Positions 7,403 through 14,232 of a stretch of 61,888 nucleotides of DNA are shown in pieces. The notes under the pieces were generated by a model. The model searched no databases. It was not told where the DNA came from and worked only from the letters and a program-made list of their open reading frames with translations. Each line of letters opens with the position of its first letter. Positions within the stretch are counted from its first letter, which is position 1. A program made the position numbers and the translations under genes. This stretch comes from a virus. The DNA lies in the IMG/VR virus record IMGVR_UViG_3300029675_000009, positions 1 to 61,888 of that record. One strand, given 5' to 3'.

Positions 7403-8277
7403 TGAAGACATTCGAGGAATTAAAGAAGGATCTGCTTGAACGGGCTAAAAAACATAACGCTTGTCAAGATGGATACAGGATGGGGTTAAACGCAAAAAGC
7501 AAACAAGATTTGCTGAAAGCAATAACCAATAATTGGTATTGGGTCTTGAGTGCATCCAAGATGATTGACGCAAATTACCTAGAAAATAACTTTTCTGAAG
7601 AGGAATTAGCCGAAGCCGGTATTTACACAAGAAAAGAACACACCTCTAATGCTAAATCATTTGCTTGCGGCTCTGCCACGGTCGAGGCTTACGGCTCTGC
7701 CACGGTCGAGGCTTACGGCTCTGCCACGGTCGAGGCTTACGGCTCTGCCAAGGTCGAGGCTTACGGCTCTGCCACGGTCAAGGCTTACGGCTCTGCCACG
7801 GTCAAGGCTTACGGCTCTGCCAAGGTCGAGGCTTACGACTCTGCCACGGTCAAGGCTTACGGCTCTGCCAAGGTCGAGGCTTACGACTCTGCCACGGTCA
7901 AGGCTTACGACTCTGCCACGGTCGAGGCTTGCGGCTCTGCCACGGTCGAGGCTTGCGACTCTGCCAAGGTCGAGGCTTACGACTCTGCCAAGGTCGAGGC
8001 TTGCGGCTCTGCCACGGTCAAGGCTTACGACTCTGCCACGGTCGAGGCTTACGACTCTGCCACGGTCAAGGCTTACGACTCTGCCACGGTCGAGGCTTAC
8101 GACTCTGCCAAGGTCGAGGCTTACGGCTCTGCCACGGTCAAGGCTTACGATAACTCATATGTTGAGGATTGCACAGGGAACATAAATACAGTTTCCGATC
8201 ATGGAATAGTCAAAGATTACTACAATCATAAGATATATATAAAGAAAGGAAAATTCGAGATTATTGAGATCGAATAA
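7402..8277 (+). CDS. Tandem octapeptide-repeat protein (89-aa N-terminal domain plus 20 x [G/D]SA[T/K]V[E/K]A[Y/C])
   Basis: ORF track, 291 aa. The other two frames over the repeats are also open, which is a repeat artefact. Confidence 0.8.
   Translation: MKTFEELKKDLLERAKKHNACQDGYRMGLNAKSKQDLLKAITNNWYWVLSASKMIDANYLENNFSEEELAEAGIYTRKEHTSNAKSFACGSATVEAYGSATVEAYGSATVEAYGSAKVEAYGSATVKAYGSATVKAYGSAKVEAYDSATVKAYGSAKVEAYDSATVKAYDSATVEACGSATVEACDSAKVEAYDSAKVEACGSATVKAYDSATVEAYDSATVKAYDSATVEAYDSAKVEAYGSATVKAYDNSYVEDCTGNINTVSDHGIVKDYYNHKIYIKKGKFEIIEIE
7669..8148 (+). repeat. 20 tandem copies of a 24-nt unit (GGCTCTGCCACGGTCGAGGCTTAC and variants)
   Basis: Counted by hand. Only four nucleotide positions per unit vary, and each has two states: gGc/gAc, aCg/aAg, Gag/Aag, tAc/tGc. 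Confidence 0.95.
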
Positions 8278-8281
8278 ATTC

Positions 8282-8349
8282 AATGCCTTAGCTTATCGGT
8301 AGAGCGCCCCTAACATGGGGATGGCCGGGTTCGACTCCCGGAGGCTCAC
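8282..8349 (+). pseudogene. Degenerate tRNA-like element
   Basis: It has U8, a good D arm (GCTT-ATCGGTA-GAGC) and a canonical T arm (CCGGG-TTCGACT-CCCGG). The acceptor pairs only 4 bp, and the anticodon stem CCCC/GGGG closes a 6-nt loop. Confidence 0.4.
8325..8346 (+). repeat. 22-nt tRNA 3'-half direct repeat, copy 1 (CCGGGTTCGACTCCCGGAGGCT)
   Basis: Identical to 8620-8641. Confidence 0.9.
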
Positions 8350-8361
8350 AAATCAAGATAT

Positions 8362-8484
8362 ATGAGAGACATCTACATCAAAGACCCCGACGGAGATTAC
8401 GAGTACGACGGGGAGGAAGACAACGAGGAATATGAGGAGAGCATGGAGGAACTTAGGTTCCTATGTGATTCATATAATTGGTAA
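8362..8484 (+). CDS. Possible small acidic protein (40 aa)
   Basis: The ATG-started ORF reads MRDIYIKDPDGDYEYDGEEDNEEYEESMEELRFLCDSYNW. It is below the ORF-track cutoff and lies between the two 22-nt repeats. Confidence 0.3.
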   Translation: MRDIYIKDPDGDYEYDGEEDNEEYEESMEELRFLCDSYNW

Positions 8485-8619
8485 CATCCCGCCCTTACGA
8501 GGTGCAACCCCGACCCAGACCGGCAACCGATATCCTAGACAAGTGGTAGGCCATGACGATATCATTGGCCCGGTGGAAAGGGACACGGTAATAAGGGCAG
8601 GGCGGCCGATGGTCTTAGT

Positions 8620-8641
8620 CCGGGTTCGACTCCCGGAGGCT
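8620..8641 (+). repeat. 22-nt tRNA 3'-half direct repeat, copy 2
   Basis: Identical to 8325-8346. No matching 5' acceptor strand was found upstream. Confidence 0.9.
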
Positions 8642-8664
8642 GACGAATTTAAATACAAGACAAC

Positions 8665-9327
8665 ATGGACAAATCAGAAGAGATTGACAAATTAGCCATA
8701 GCGTTGGCCAAGTTCCAAGGGTCGCTAGAGCAACCAAGCCTCAATTCAGAGGTCAAGGTAAAGACTAAAACTGGACTAGAGTACAAGTTTAAGTACGCGG
8801 ACCTATCCGAATGCAAAAGGGCGGCGAAACAACCATTAGCCGATAACGAGCTTGCTGTATGTCAGCTAATAGAGGATGATTACTCTATCCGGACCATACT
8901 GCTTCATTCCTCCGGCCAATGGATATCGTCCAAGGTAAGGATGCCATCCAATACGGCGGACGCTCAATCCATAGGATCGGCCATCACGTACGCCAAGAGA
9001 TACGCCTTTTGCGCCATCCTTGGCATCGTGGCCGACGATGACGAGGACGCTAACATAGCGAACGGTAATACCGCCCAAAAGGAGCTGCCTAAAAAAACGG
9101 CAAGCTCAAACCAGAAGAAAGAGCTTACGAGAGATCATATAAACAACGAGAGCGCCATGAAATCCATATCGGAGTGGATATACAAGAACGAGAAGAAGGC
9201 CAAGGAATCCAACCAGCCCTTCTCCGTGGAGAGCCTTATAAACAAGGCTTACATCGCCGGAAAGGTTGAGATGGAATCCATTATCGAGATATACAACAAC
9301 TATAAAATAAACAACAACCTGTCATGA
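8665..9327 (+). CDS. erf: ERF-family single-strand annealing protein
   Basis: 220 aa. The segments KFKYADLS and GSAITYAKRYAFCAILGIVADDDEDAN match the ERF superfamily pattern. Confidence 0.8.
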   Translation: MDKSEEIDKLAIALAKFQGSLEQPSLNSEVKVKTKTGLEYKFKYADLSECKRAAKQPLADNELAVCQLIEDDYSIRTILLHSSGQWISSKVRMPSNTADAQSIGSAITYAKRYAFCAILGIVADDDEDANIANGNTAQKELPKKTASSNQKKELTRDHINNESAMKSISEWIYKNEKKAKESNQPFSVESLINKAYIAGKVEMESIIEIYNNYKINNNLS

Positions 9328-9803
9328 GCAAAGAACTAGAGCTAAGCGGCAAGACCCCGCTAACGAGAAGCGAGATCGAGGCCTTATCCATAGACCTTTT
9401 GAACCCGGTACTGGAAGGGGAGGTAGACCCCGTATCACACGTCATCAAGTTAAAGGCGATGCAAGAGACCATCAAGAGGACGCTGGACGATGACCGGATG
9501 AAGGACGCTGTCCTTTCCGAGATCGAGAAATACGGGAAGGAGCGCTCTTGGAACGGGGCCACGGTCAAGATGAAGGAGGTAGGCGTATCCTACGACCACT
9601 CCAATTGCAACGACCCGGTCTACGCTAGGTTGATCGAGGAAAGGACGATTCTCGATGCCAAGATAAAAGAACGGGAGGCGTTTCTGAAAACGGTGCCGGA
9701 CAATACCACGGTCGTTGATGACGAGACCGGGGAGATATACACGATCCATCCGGCGATAAGGATAGCCAAGATGTCATACTCTATAACATTCAACAAAAAA
9801 TAA
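9324..9803 (+). CDS. Hypothetical protein (recombination module)
   Basis: ORF track, 159 aa. ATGA overlap with erf. Confidence 0.6.
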   Translation: MSKELELSGKTPLTRSEIEALSIDLLNPVLEGEVDPVSHVIKLKAMQETIKRTLDDDRMKDAVLSEIEKYGKERSWNGATVKMKEVGVSYDHSNCNDPVYARLIEERTILDAKIKEREAFLKTVPDNTTVVDDETGEIYTIHPAIRIAKMSYSITFNKK

Positions 9804-9899
9804 TCCACGCGTGCCGTGGCTACGGGACGGTGGTTATCCCCGCCGTAGCGAATAACCGACCGCCCCGCTTATAAATCTAAAATTTAAAATCATAACATT

Positions 9900-10208
9900 A
9901 TGGCAAATTTATACGGCTCAATCTGCTTGAGCGACATACCGAAGGAGTTGATGAAAAAAGTAATGACGGCCAAGGGGGAGAAGATCTTCCTCAATATCTC
10001 GATCGGGGAGAAAAAAGAGCCTGTCACGTTCGACAACCGCACCTATACGCATTATGTGTCTTGCGCCCCAAGGAAAGAGGAACGAAAGGAAGGCGTTTAT
10101 TATGGCATAGGTGACTTGATGGAATCCACGTTCAAGAGCAACATCCCCTCACCGGAGGATATCAACAACGCCCCATCGGTTGGAGAAGACGATGGATTGC
10201 CGTTCTGA
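9900..10208 (+). CDS. Putative ssDNA-binding protein
   Basis: 102 aa. The C-terminal acidic tip EDDGLPF resembles the SSB DDDIPF tail, and the gene sits next to ERF. Confidence 0.5.
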   Translation: MANLYGSICLSDIPKELMKKVMTAKGEKIFLNISIGEKKEPVTFDNRTYTHYVSCAPRKEERKEGVYYGIGDLMESTFKSNIPSPEDINNAPSVGEDDGLPF

Positions 10209-10210
10209 CC

Positions 10211-10645
10211 ATGGAACTATACTTGCTCAACACCGCCAGCGGATTGAGGCCATGCTATGATTCCGACTATGACGAGAAGAAAAAGCTCAAGCTAGGCAAG
10301 ATATACAAGGCCAAGATAACGCTGGCACGGAACATAGATTTCCATAGGAAGTATTTCGCCTTGATAAATTGCGCATGGTCTTACCAGAACGAGAAGACCA
10401 CGGCGCATTTCAAGGAGAGCGTGGAGTGCTTCCGGAAGACTGTAGAGATCGCCGCCGGGCATTGCGATACGGCCTACAGCATATCCCGAAAGGAATGGAT
10501 AGAGATCCCGAAGTCGATAGCCTTCGACAAGATGGACGAGGCCGAGTTCATGGATCTCTACGAACGTGTCAAGGACGTGCTTTTCTCGGTATTCCTACGG
10601 GACATATCCGAATACGATTTTATGAGAAACCTCTCAAATTTCTAA
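10211..10645 (+). CDS. Hypothetical protein (recombination/replication module)
   Basis: ORF track, 144 aa. A possible DUF1367-like relationship is recalled from memory and is unverified. Confidence 0.55.
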   Translation: MELYLLNTASGLRPCYDSDYDEKKKLKLGKIYKAKITLARNIDFHRKYFALINCAWSYQNEKTTAHFKESVECFRKTVEIAAGHCDTAYSISRKEWIEIPKSIAFDKMDEAEFMDLYERVKDVLFSVFLRDISEYDFMRNLSNF

Positions 10646-10647
10646 TC

Positions 10648-10821
10648 ATGAGAAAAAGTGACAGGCCTCCAAATTACTTAATAGAAAAGATCGTTAGGCA
10701 TGCGAACATTATTATTACCGCTCCTTATGGCAGCGTCAAATACATGGATGCGGCCAGACTCCTTAAAAAGGAGGTCAAGAAGCTGGAAACCTATAAGAGA
10801 TACGATAATGAGAGATCTTAA
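10648..10821 (+). CDS. Small hypothetical protein
   Basis: Internal ATG of ORF 10369..10821 (MRKSDRPPNY...), 3 nt after the previous stop. Confidence 0.4.
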   Translation: MRKSDRPPNYLIEKIVRHANIIITAPYGSVKYMDAARLLKKEVKKLETYKRYDNERS

Positions 10822-11005
10822 ATACTGCCTCAATGAGGATTGCTGTAAAAGACATTGCCTTTGCCATCAACGGCAAAAGCATTGGAAAGACCCGTCTAAA
10901 AAAGATGGGGAAACTACAAGGGCTTCGGCCCTATTTGACGGAAACACCCCTTGCGAGGGGTATGTCCCACAGTTTGAAAGAAAGAAATACAACATAAACT
11001 ATTAG
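10808..11005 (+). CDS. Small Cys-rich hypothetical protein
   Basis: Internal ATG of ORF 10700..11005 (MRDLKYCLNEDCCKRHCLCH...). Confidence 0.4.
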   Translation: MRDLKYCLNEDCCKRHCLCHQRQKHWKDPSKKDGETTRASALFDGNTPCEGYVPQFERKKYNINY

Positions 11006-11009
11006 CGAC

Positions 11010-11735
11010 ATGCACAACTATTTTGAATGTAAGGTCTCCTACGAGAAGATGTTGGAGAACGGTATGCAAAAGAAAGTAACGGAACCTTATTTAGTAGATG
11101 CCCTGTCTTTTACGGAAGCGGAAGCTCGCATCATCGAGGAGATCCGCCCCTTCATCACGGGTGAATTCACGGTAACAGACATCAAACGAGCTCGTTTATC
11201 CGAGTTGTTCTTCAACGAAAACGGTGACCGGTTCTATAAGATCAAGGTTTATTTCATCACGCTGGACGAGAAGAGCGGGTCTGAGAAGAAAACAGCCGCT
11301 ACCATGTTAGCCCAAGCCTCTAATCTAAAAGAGGCCATCGCCGTATTGGAAGACGGCATGAAGGGTACATTGGCGGATTATACCATCGCCTCGGTAACGG
11401 AGACAATGATCATGGACGTGTTCCCGTTCAACGCGGATGTCAACAAGAGAGTCGTTGACATAGACAAAGAAGAGATAGAGAGATCATTGTCCGACTCCGG
11501 CAAGTCCATCGAGGACAAGATGATAGAATGTAAGGAGATCATAACCCGTGATCCCAAAGAAGGGGACGGGGATCTTATAACAAGGACGCAATCCTTCATC
11601 AGGCAAAAGGCCGGGCATGACAAGGGCAAGTTCAAGGAGGCGGCGATAGAGATAGCCTTGCTACAAAAATTGCCAGCTTCCCAAGTATGGTTCATGGGAT
11701 GCGGGCAACTCTTAATTGAAGAGCTAGAAGTTTAA
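11010..11735 (+). CDS. DUF4494-like protein
   Basis: The N-terminal 140 aa (FECKVSYEKMLENGMQKKVTEPYLVDALSFTEAEARIIEE...) match my recollection of the Bacteroidetes DUF4494 family. Confidence 0.65.
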   Translation: MHNYFECKVSYEKMLENGMQKKVTEPYLVDALSFTEAEARIIEEIRPFITGEFTVTDIKRARLSELFFNENGDRFYKIKVYFITLDEKSGSEKKTAATMLAQASNLKEAIAVLEDGMKGTLADYTIASVTETMIMDVFPFNADVNKRVVDIDKEEIERSLSDSGKSIEDKMIECKEIITRDPKEGDGDLITRTQSFIRQKAGHDKGKFKEAAIEIALLQKLPASQVWFMGCGQLLIEELEV

Positions 11736-11749
11736 TAAATAAAAAGATC

Positions 11750-11929
11750 ATGAAGAAATTTATCAACAAACACTGGATATTGATATTGGCCATAGCCTTT
11801 ATTCCGGCAGGGAACAGAGTTTTTAACCATGTTGACGCATGGCTAGGAATAGTCATTATGTTAACTAGTTCATTATTTATAATTTACAAACTATTTAATT
11901 TTATCAAGAATGAAAAGGACAAGTTTTAA
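11750..11929 (+). CDS. Possible small membrane protein (59 aa)
   Basis: The ATG-started ORF reads MKKFINKHWILILAIAFIPAG... It is below the ORF-track cutoff and overlaps the next gene by 20 nt. Confidence 0.35.
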   Translation: MKKFINKHWILILAIAFIPAGNRVFNHVDAWLGIVIMLTSSLFIIYKLFNFIKNEKDKF

Positions 11930-12722
11930 GTTTTTTACTATAGCGATAATCGCTATGGTATTTTTATCCTCTTGTGAACGTGTAGCACCTAATTACGCTG
12001 GGGTATTGATGGAAAATTATGGGAAACAAGGCAAGGAGGATTTCAAGGTCGTATCGGGTAAGGTATCCACTTGGGAATGGGGGACGGAATTATTCCAAGT
12101 CCCATTATTTGATCAAAGAGGTGAGTTTGCGAGCCCTGTTACGTTAAAAGCCGCAGATAATACGGAATTTAACGCACGCCCCACTTACTCATACAAGGTT
12201 ATCAAGAACAGGGCCATAGACGTTGTTTTCGACAACAAACACATAGACAAGGCCGATACGGAATCAGGCAAAGACGGTTTCATGCAATCATTGGAGGATA
12301 ATATACTTGAGCCTCGCATCTATGACTTGATCAAGGAAGAGAGTCGTAAACATAAGACAGACAGCTTAATGGCGGATGGAGGATCGCTTCTTTTTGAGAA
12401 ACGACTTGAGCAGATAGTAGATAAGGAATTCGAGAAAAGAGGCCTTCAATTACTCACATTCTCCGCCCAGCTTGAGTTTTCCAAGGCGGTACGTGAAAAA
12501 ATAGACAGCAGGAATGAGGTTAACACCAATATATCGGTTTTAGACCAGCAGATAGCGGAGCAACGGAAACGTAACGAGTTGGAGCAATTGAAAACGGAAC
12601 AAGCGTTAATCACCTCGAGAGGATTGACTAAAGAAATTCTTTATAAGCAGTTTATCGACAAATGGGATGGTCGTACCCCCATTTATGGAGCGATACCCGA
12701 TTTAATAAAGATTCAGAACTAA
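11910..12722 (+). CDS. SPFH/Band-7 (prohibitin-like) lipoprotein
   Basis: A signal peptide with lipobox FLSSC is followed by a body resembling an SPFH domain and a coiled-coil tail. Confidence 0.7.
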   Translation: MKRTSFKFFTIAIIAMVFLSSCERVAPNYAGVLMENYGKQGKEDFKVVSGKVSTWEWGTELFQVPLFDQRGEFASPVTLKAADNTEFNARPTYSYKVIKNRAIDVVFDNKHIDKADTESGKDGFMQSLEDNILEPRIYDLIKEESRKHKTDSLMADGGSLLFEKRLEQIVDKEFEKRGLQLLTFSAQLEFSKAVREKIDSRNEVNTNISVLDQQIAEQRKRNELEQLKTEQALITSRGLTKEILYKQFIDKWDGRTPIYGAIPDLIKIQN

Positions 12723-12777
12723 GGATATTAATATTAGAGTGTGTTTTTCATGGTATTAGATTTGGGTTAGAATGATT

Positions 12778-12808
12778 ATCCCCGCCGTCCGTGAGGATAT
12801 GCGGGGAT
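12778..12808 (+). promoter_or_regulatory. Conserved RNA hairpin, copy 2 (apical CGUCCGUGAGGAUAU)
   Basis: The stem ATCCCCGC (12778-12785) pairs with GCGGGGAT (12801-12808). The 15-nt apex is identical to copy 1, and the hairpin ends 3 nt before the tRNA. Confidence 0.55.
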
Positions 12809-12811
12809 TTA

Positions 12812-12888
12812 GGTATCGTGGGTCTAATGGTAAGACCACTCCGCCAAAAGACGGAGAGATGCAGATTCGAATCCTGCCGATACCACCA
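12812..12888 (+). tRNA. tRNA with a non-canonical 8-nt anticodon loop (CCAAAAGA) and encoded CCA; anticodon undetermined
   Basis: The acceptor is GGTATCG/CGATACC. The D arm is GGTC-TAATGGTAA-GACC. The anticodon stem is CTCCG/CGGAG. The T arm is GCAGA-TTCGAAT-CCTGC, with an A-C mismatch at positions 53:61. The discriminator is A, followed by CCA. Confidence 0.7.
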
Positions 12889-12962
12889 ACAACAAATAAC
12901 AATCATGGATTTCGGTAACGACATTCCGGATTACGGTCCGGACGATTTTGACAATTACGATT

Positions 12963-13076
12963 ATGAATGACATTTTTCAAAGCCTGTTATTATCCTTCGG
13001 GGTAATAACGTTCATATTCGCTATCCTAGCGATAATTTTTATTGTATTAATCTTGATAGACGACAAGTACAAATGA
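12963..13076 (+). CDS. Possible 37-aa single-TM peptide
   Basis: The ATG-started ORF reads MNDIFQSLLLSFGVITFIFAILAIIFIVLILIDDKYK. Its stop overlaps ATG 13073. Confidence 0.3.
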   Translation: MNDIFQSLLLSFGVITFIFAILAIIFIVLILIDDKYK

Positions 13077-13423
13077 GGAATATCGAATCACAGACCCAGC
13101 AAGCTTGCGTCAGATACTTCCGTCTCCAATACCCGAGATACGCCGGATGCTTCTTTAGCGTCCCGAACGGAGGACGGAGGGACACGGTAACCGGGGCGAT
13201 ACTGAAAGCGGAAGGGGCATTGGCCGGGGTCGCCGATCTGTTCCTGTCAGTCCCGAATAACGTCCATCACGGTCTGTACGTGGAAATGAAGACAAGAAAA
13301 GGCCGGCAACAGGACAGCCAGAAGGCATTCCAGAAGGCGGTAGAGGCTCAAGGATACAGATATGAGATATGCCGATCGCTGGACGATTTCATCGCGCTTA
13401 TAAAAGACTACTTGAATGGCTAA
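13073..13423 (+). CDS. VRR-NUC domain nuclease
   Basis: 116 aa. The PD-(D/E)xK pattern is GVADLFL...GLYVEMKTRKGRQQDSQ. Confidence 0.8.
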   Translation: MRNIESQTQQACVRYFRLQYPRYAGCFFSVPNGGRRDTVTGAILKAEGALAGVADLFLSVPNNVHHGLYVEMKTRKGRQQDSQKAFQKAVEAQGYRYEICRSLDDFIALIKDYLNG

Positions 13424-13568
13424 GAAACCTACCAAGCAGCCCGAGCGTATCAGATGCGCCGATTGCGTGCACGGCAAGCCTCACAAGGGTCTGGCCGTAT
13501 GGTGCGAGATACTGAACACCGGAAGGGTAGCGAACTCCTTCCGGTATTGTGACAACTATAAACGATAA
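13416..13568 (+). CDS. Possible small Cys-rich protein (50 aa)
   Basis: The ATG-started ORF reads MAKKPTKQPERIRCADCVHGKPHKGLAVWCEILNTGRVANSFRYCDNYKR, overlaps the previous gene by 8 nt and is below the cutoff. Confidence 0.35.
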   Translation: MAKKPTKQPERIRCADCVHGKPHKGLAVWCEILNTGRVANSFRYCDNYKR

Positions 13569-13573
13569 CTTAT

Positions 13574-13762
13574 ATGAGAACGATCAAAGCGAACACGAAG
13601 GCAAACGGGGATATACTCCCGGAGCCTCAATTCAAGAGGATACCCGTAAGGGTTGACAAGAACACGATCATCCTCGTAAGGGAGGGGTTGAACGTGGAAG
13701 AGCATCTGAAAAGATTCAAGGACAAGGATAACACGCCTCCGGGATATATCCCATGGTTCTAA
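13574..13762 (+). CDS. Hypothetical protein
   Basis: ORF track, 62 aa. Confidence 0.45.
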   Translation: MRTIKANTKANGDILPEPQFKRIPVRVDKNTIILVREGLNVEEHLKRFKDKDNTPPGYIPWF

Positions 13763-13773
13763 AAAAACTTCAA

Positions 13774-13980
13774 TTTGTTTGGCATTTTTAATTTGAGTTG
13801 TATCTTTGCGGTGATTCAAGACCAAGGAATCACTACATAGTAAACTTGTATGCGGCATTTTTTATGTCGTTACTACAGCTATACCTGCAAAGATATAAGC
13901 CGTTGGTTTCCCTGTTGGCTGCATCAGTTTATCTAATGTAGTGTTCCTTGGTCGGAGTTGGGAGCCAGCGGCTTTCTTTA
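13774..13980 (+). promoter_or_regulatory. Promoter plus structured leader, cassette 1 (P1 long-range helix, P2 terminator-like helix)
   Basis: TTTG is at 13778-13781 and TATCTTTG at 13801-13808. P1 pairs 13820-13838 with 13936-13953. P2 pairs 13897-13911 with 13960-13974 and is followed by a U-rich tract. Confidence 0.6.
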
Positions 13981-14001
13981 TATAACTCAAATTTCATCAA
14001 A

Positions 14002-14232
14002 ATGACCAAGGAACATGAAATTGCGAGTGTAACGAACAACAGTAATTGCACAACCACGTCAGCTCACGAAACGAGCATCTTCTCATGGCGCACAATCGCC
14101 AAGCTATTAACCTTCATATCATCCGGATTGCTCGAATGCGATAACCGGGATGATGTTATAGGCTATGTAAAGGTTCTCATCTTATTAATGACAGCTTTCA
14201 TATTAGCAGGAATGGAAGGAGGTGCGTTATGA
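14002..14232 (+). CDS. Small C-terminally TM-anchored protein (paralog of 22552..22770)
   Basis: ORF 13948..14232, with the likely start at ATG 14002 (MTKEHE). It shares FSWR..AK...G..EC..DD.GYVK.LILL..AF..AGME.GGA with the paralog. Confidence 0.6.
   Translation: MTKEHEIASVTNNSNCTTTSAHETSIFSWRTIAKLLTFISSGLLECDNRDDVIGYVKVLILLMTAFILAGMEGGAL

Noticed and set aside
7669-8148. Possible CRISPR array or DGR-driven variation in the 24-nt tandem repeats. All four variable sites toggle between A and a non-A base.
   Set aside because: There are no spacers between units, so it is not a CRISPR array. No TR-like cognate of the unit exists elsewhere in the window. Other adenines in the unit never vary, and three of the four changes are ordinary A/G transitions. 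A DGR link is therefore unsupported.
7649-8185. ORFs 7649..8185 and 7665..8153 (LPRSRLTA... and RLCHGRGL... repeats) overlapping the repeat protein gene.
   Set aside because: These are the other two reading frames of the same 24-nt tandem array. Any frame stays open over such a repeat. Only the 7402..8277 frame has a non-repetitive N-terminal domain, a proper start and operon coupling.
13820-13953. The inverted repeats of the leader cassettes as DNA inversion sites (a Bacteroides-style invertible promoter or terminator switch, given two tyrosine recombinases in the genome).
   Set aside because: The arms pair through several G-U wobbles, which would be A-C mismatches as DNA repeats. The promoter lies outside the repeats. 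A third direct copy sits at the start codon. All of this fits RNA-level pairing better, although inversion has not been excluded experimentally.
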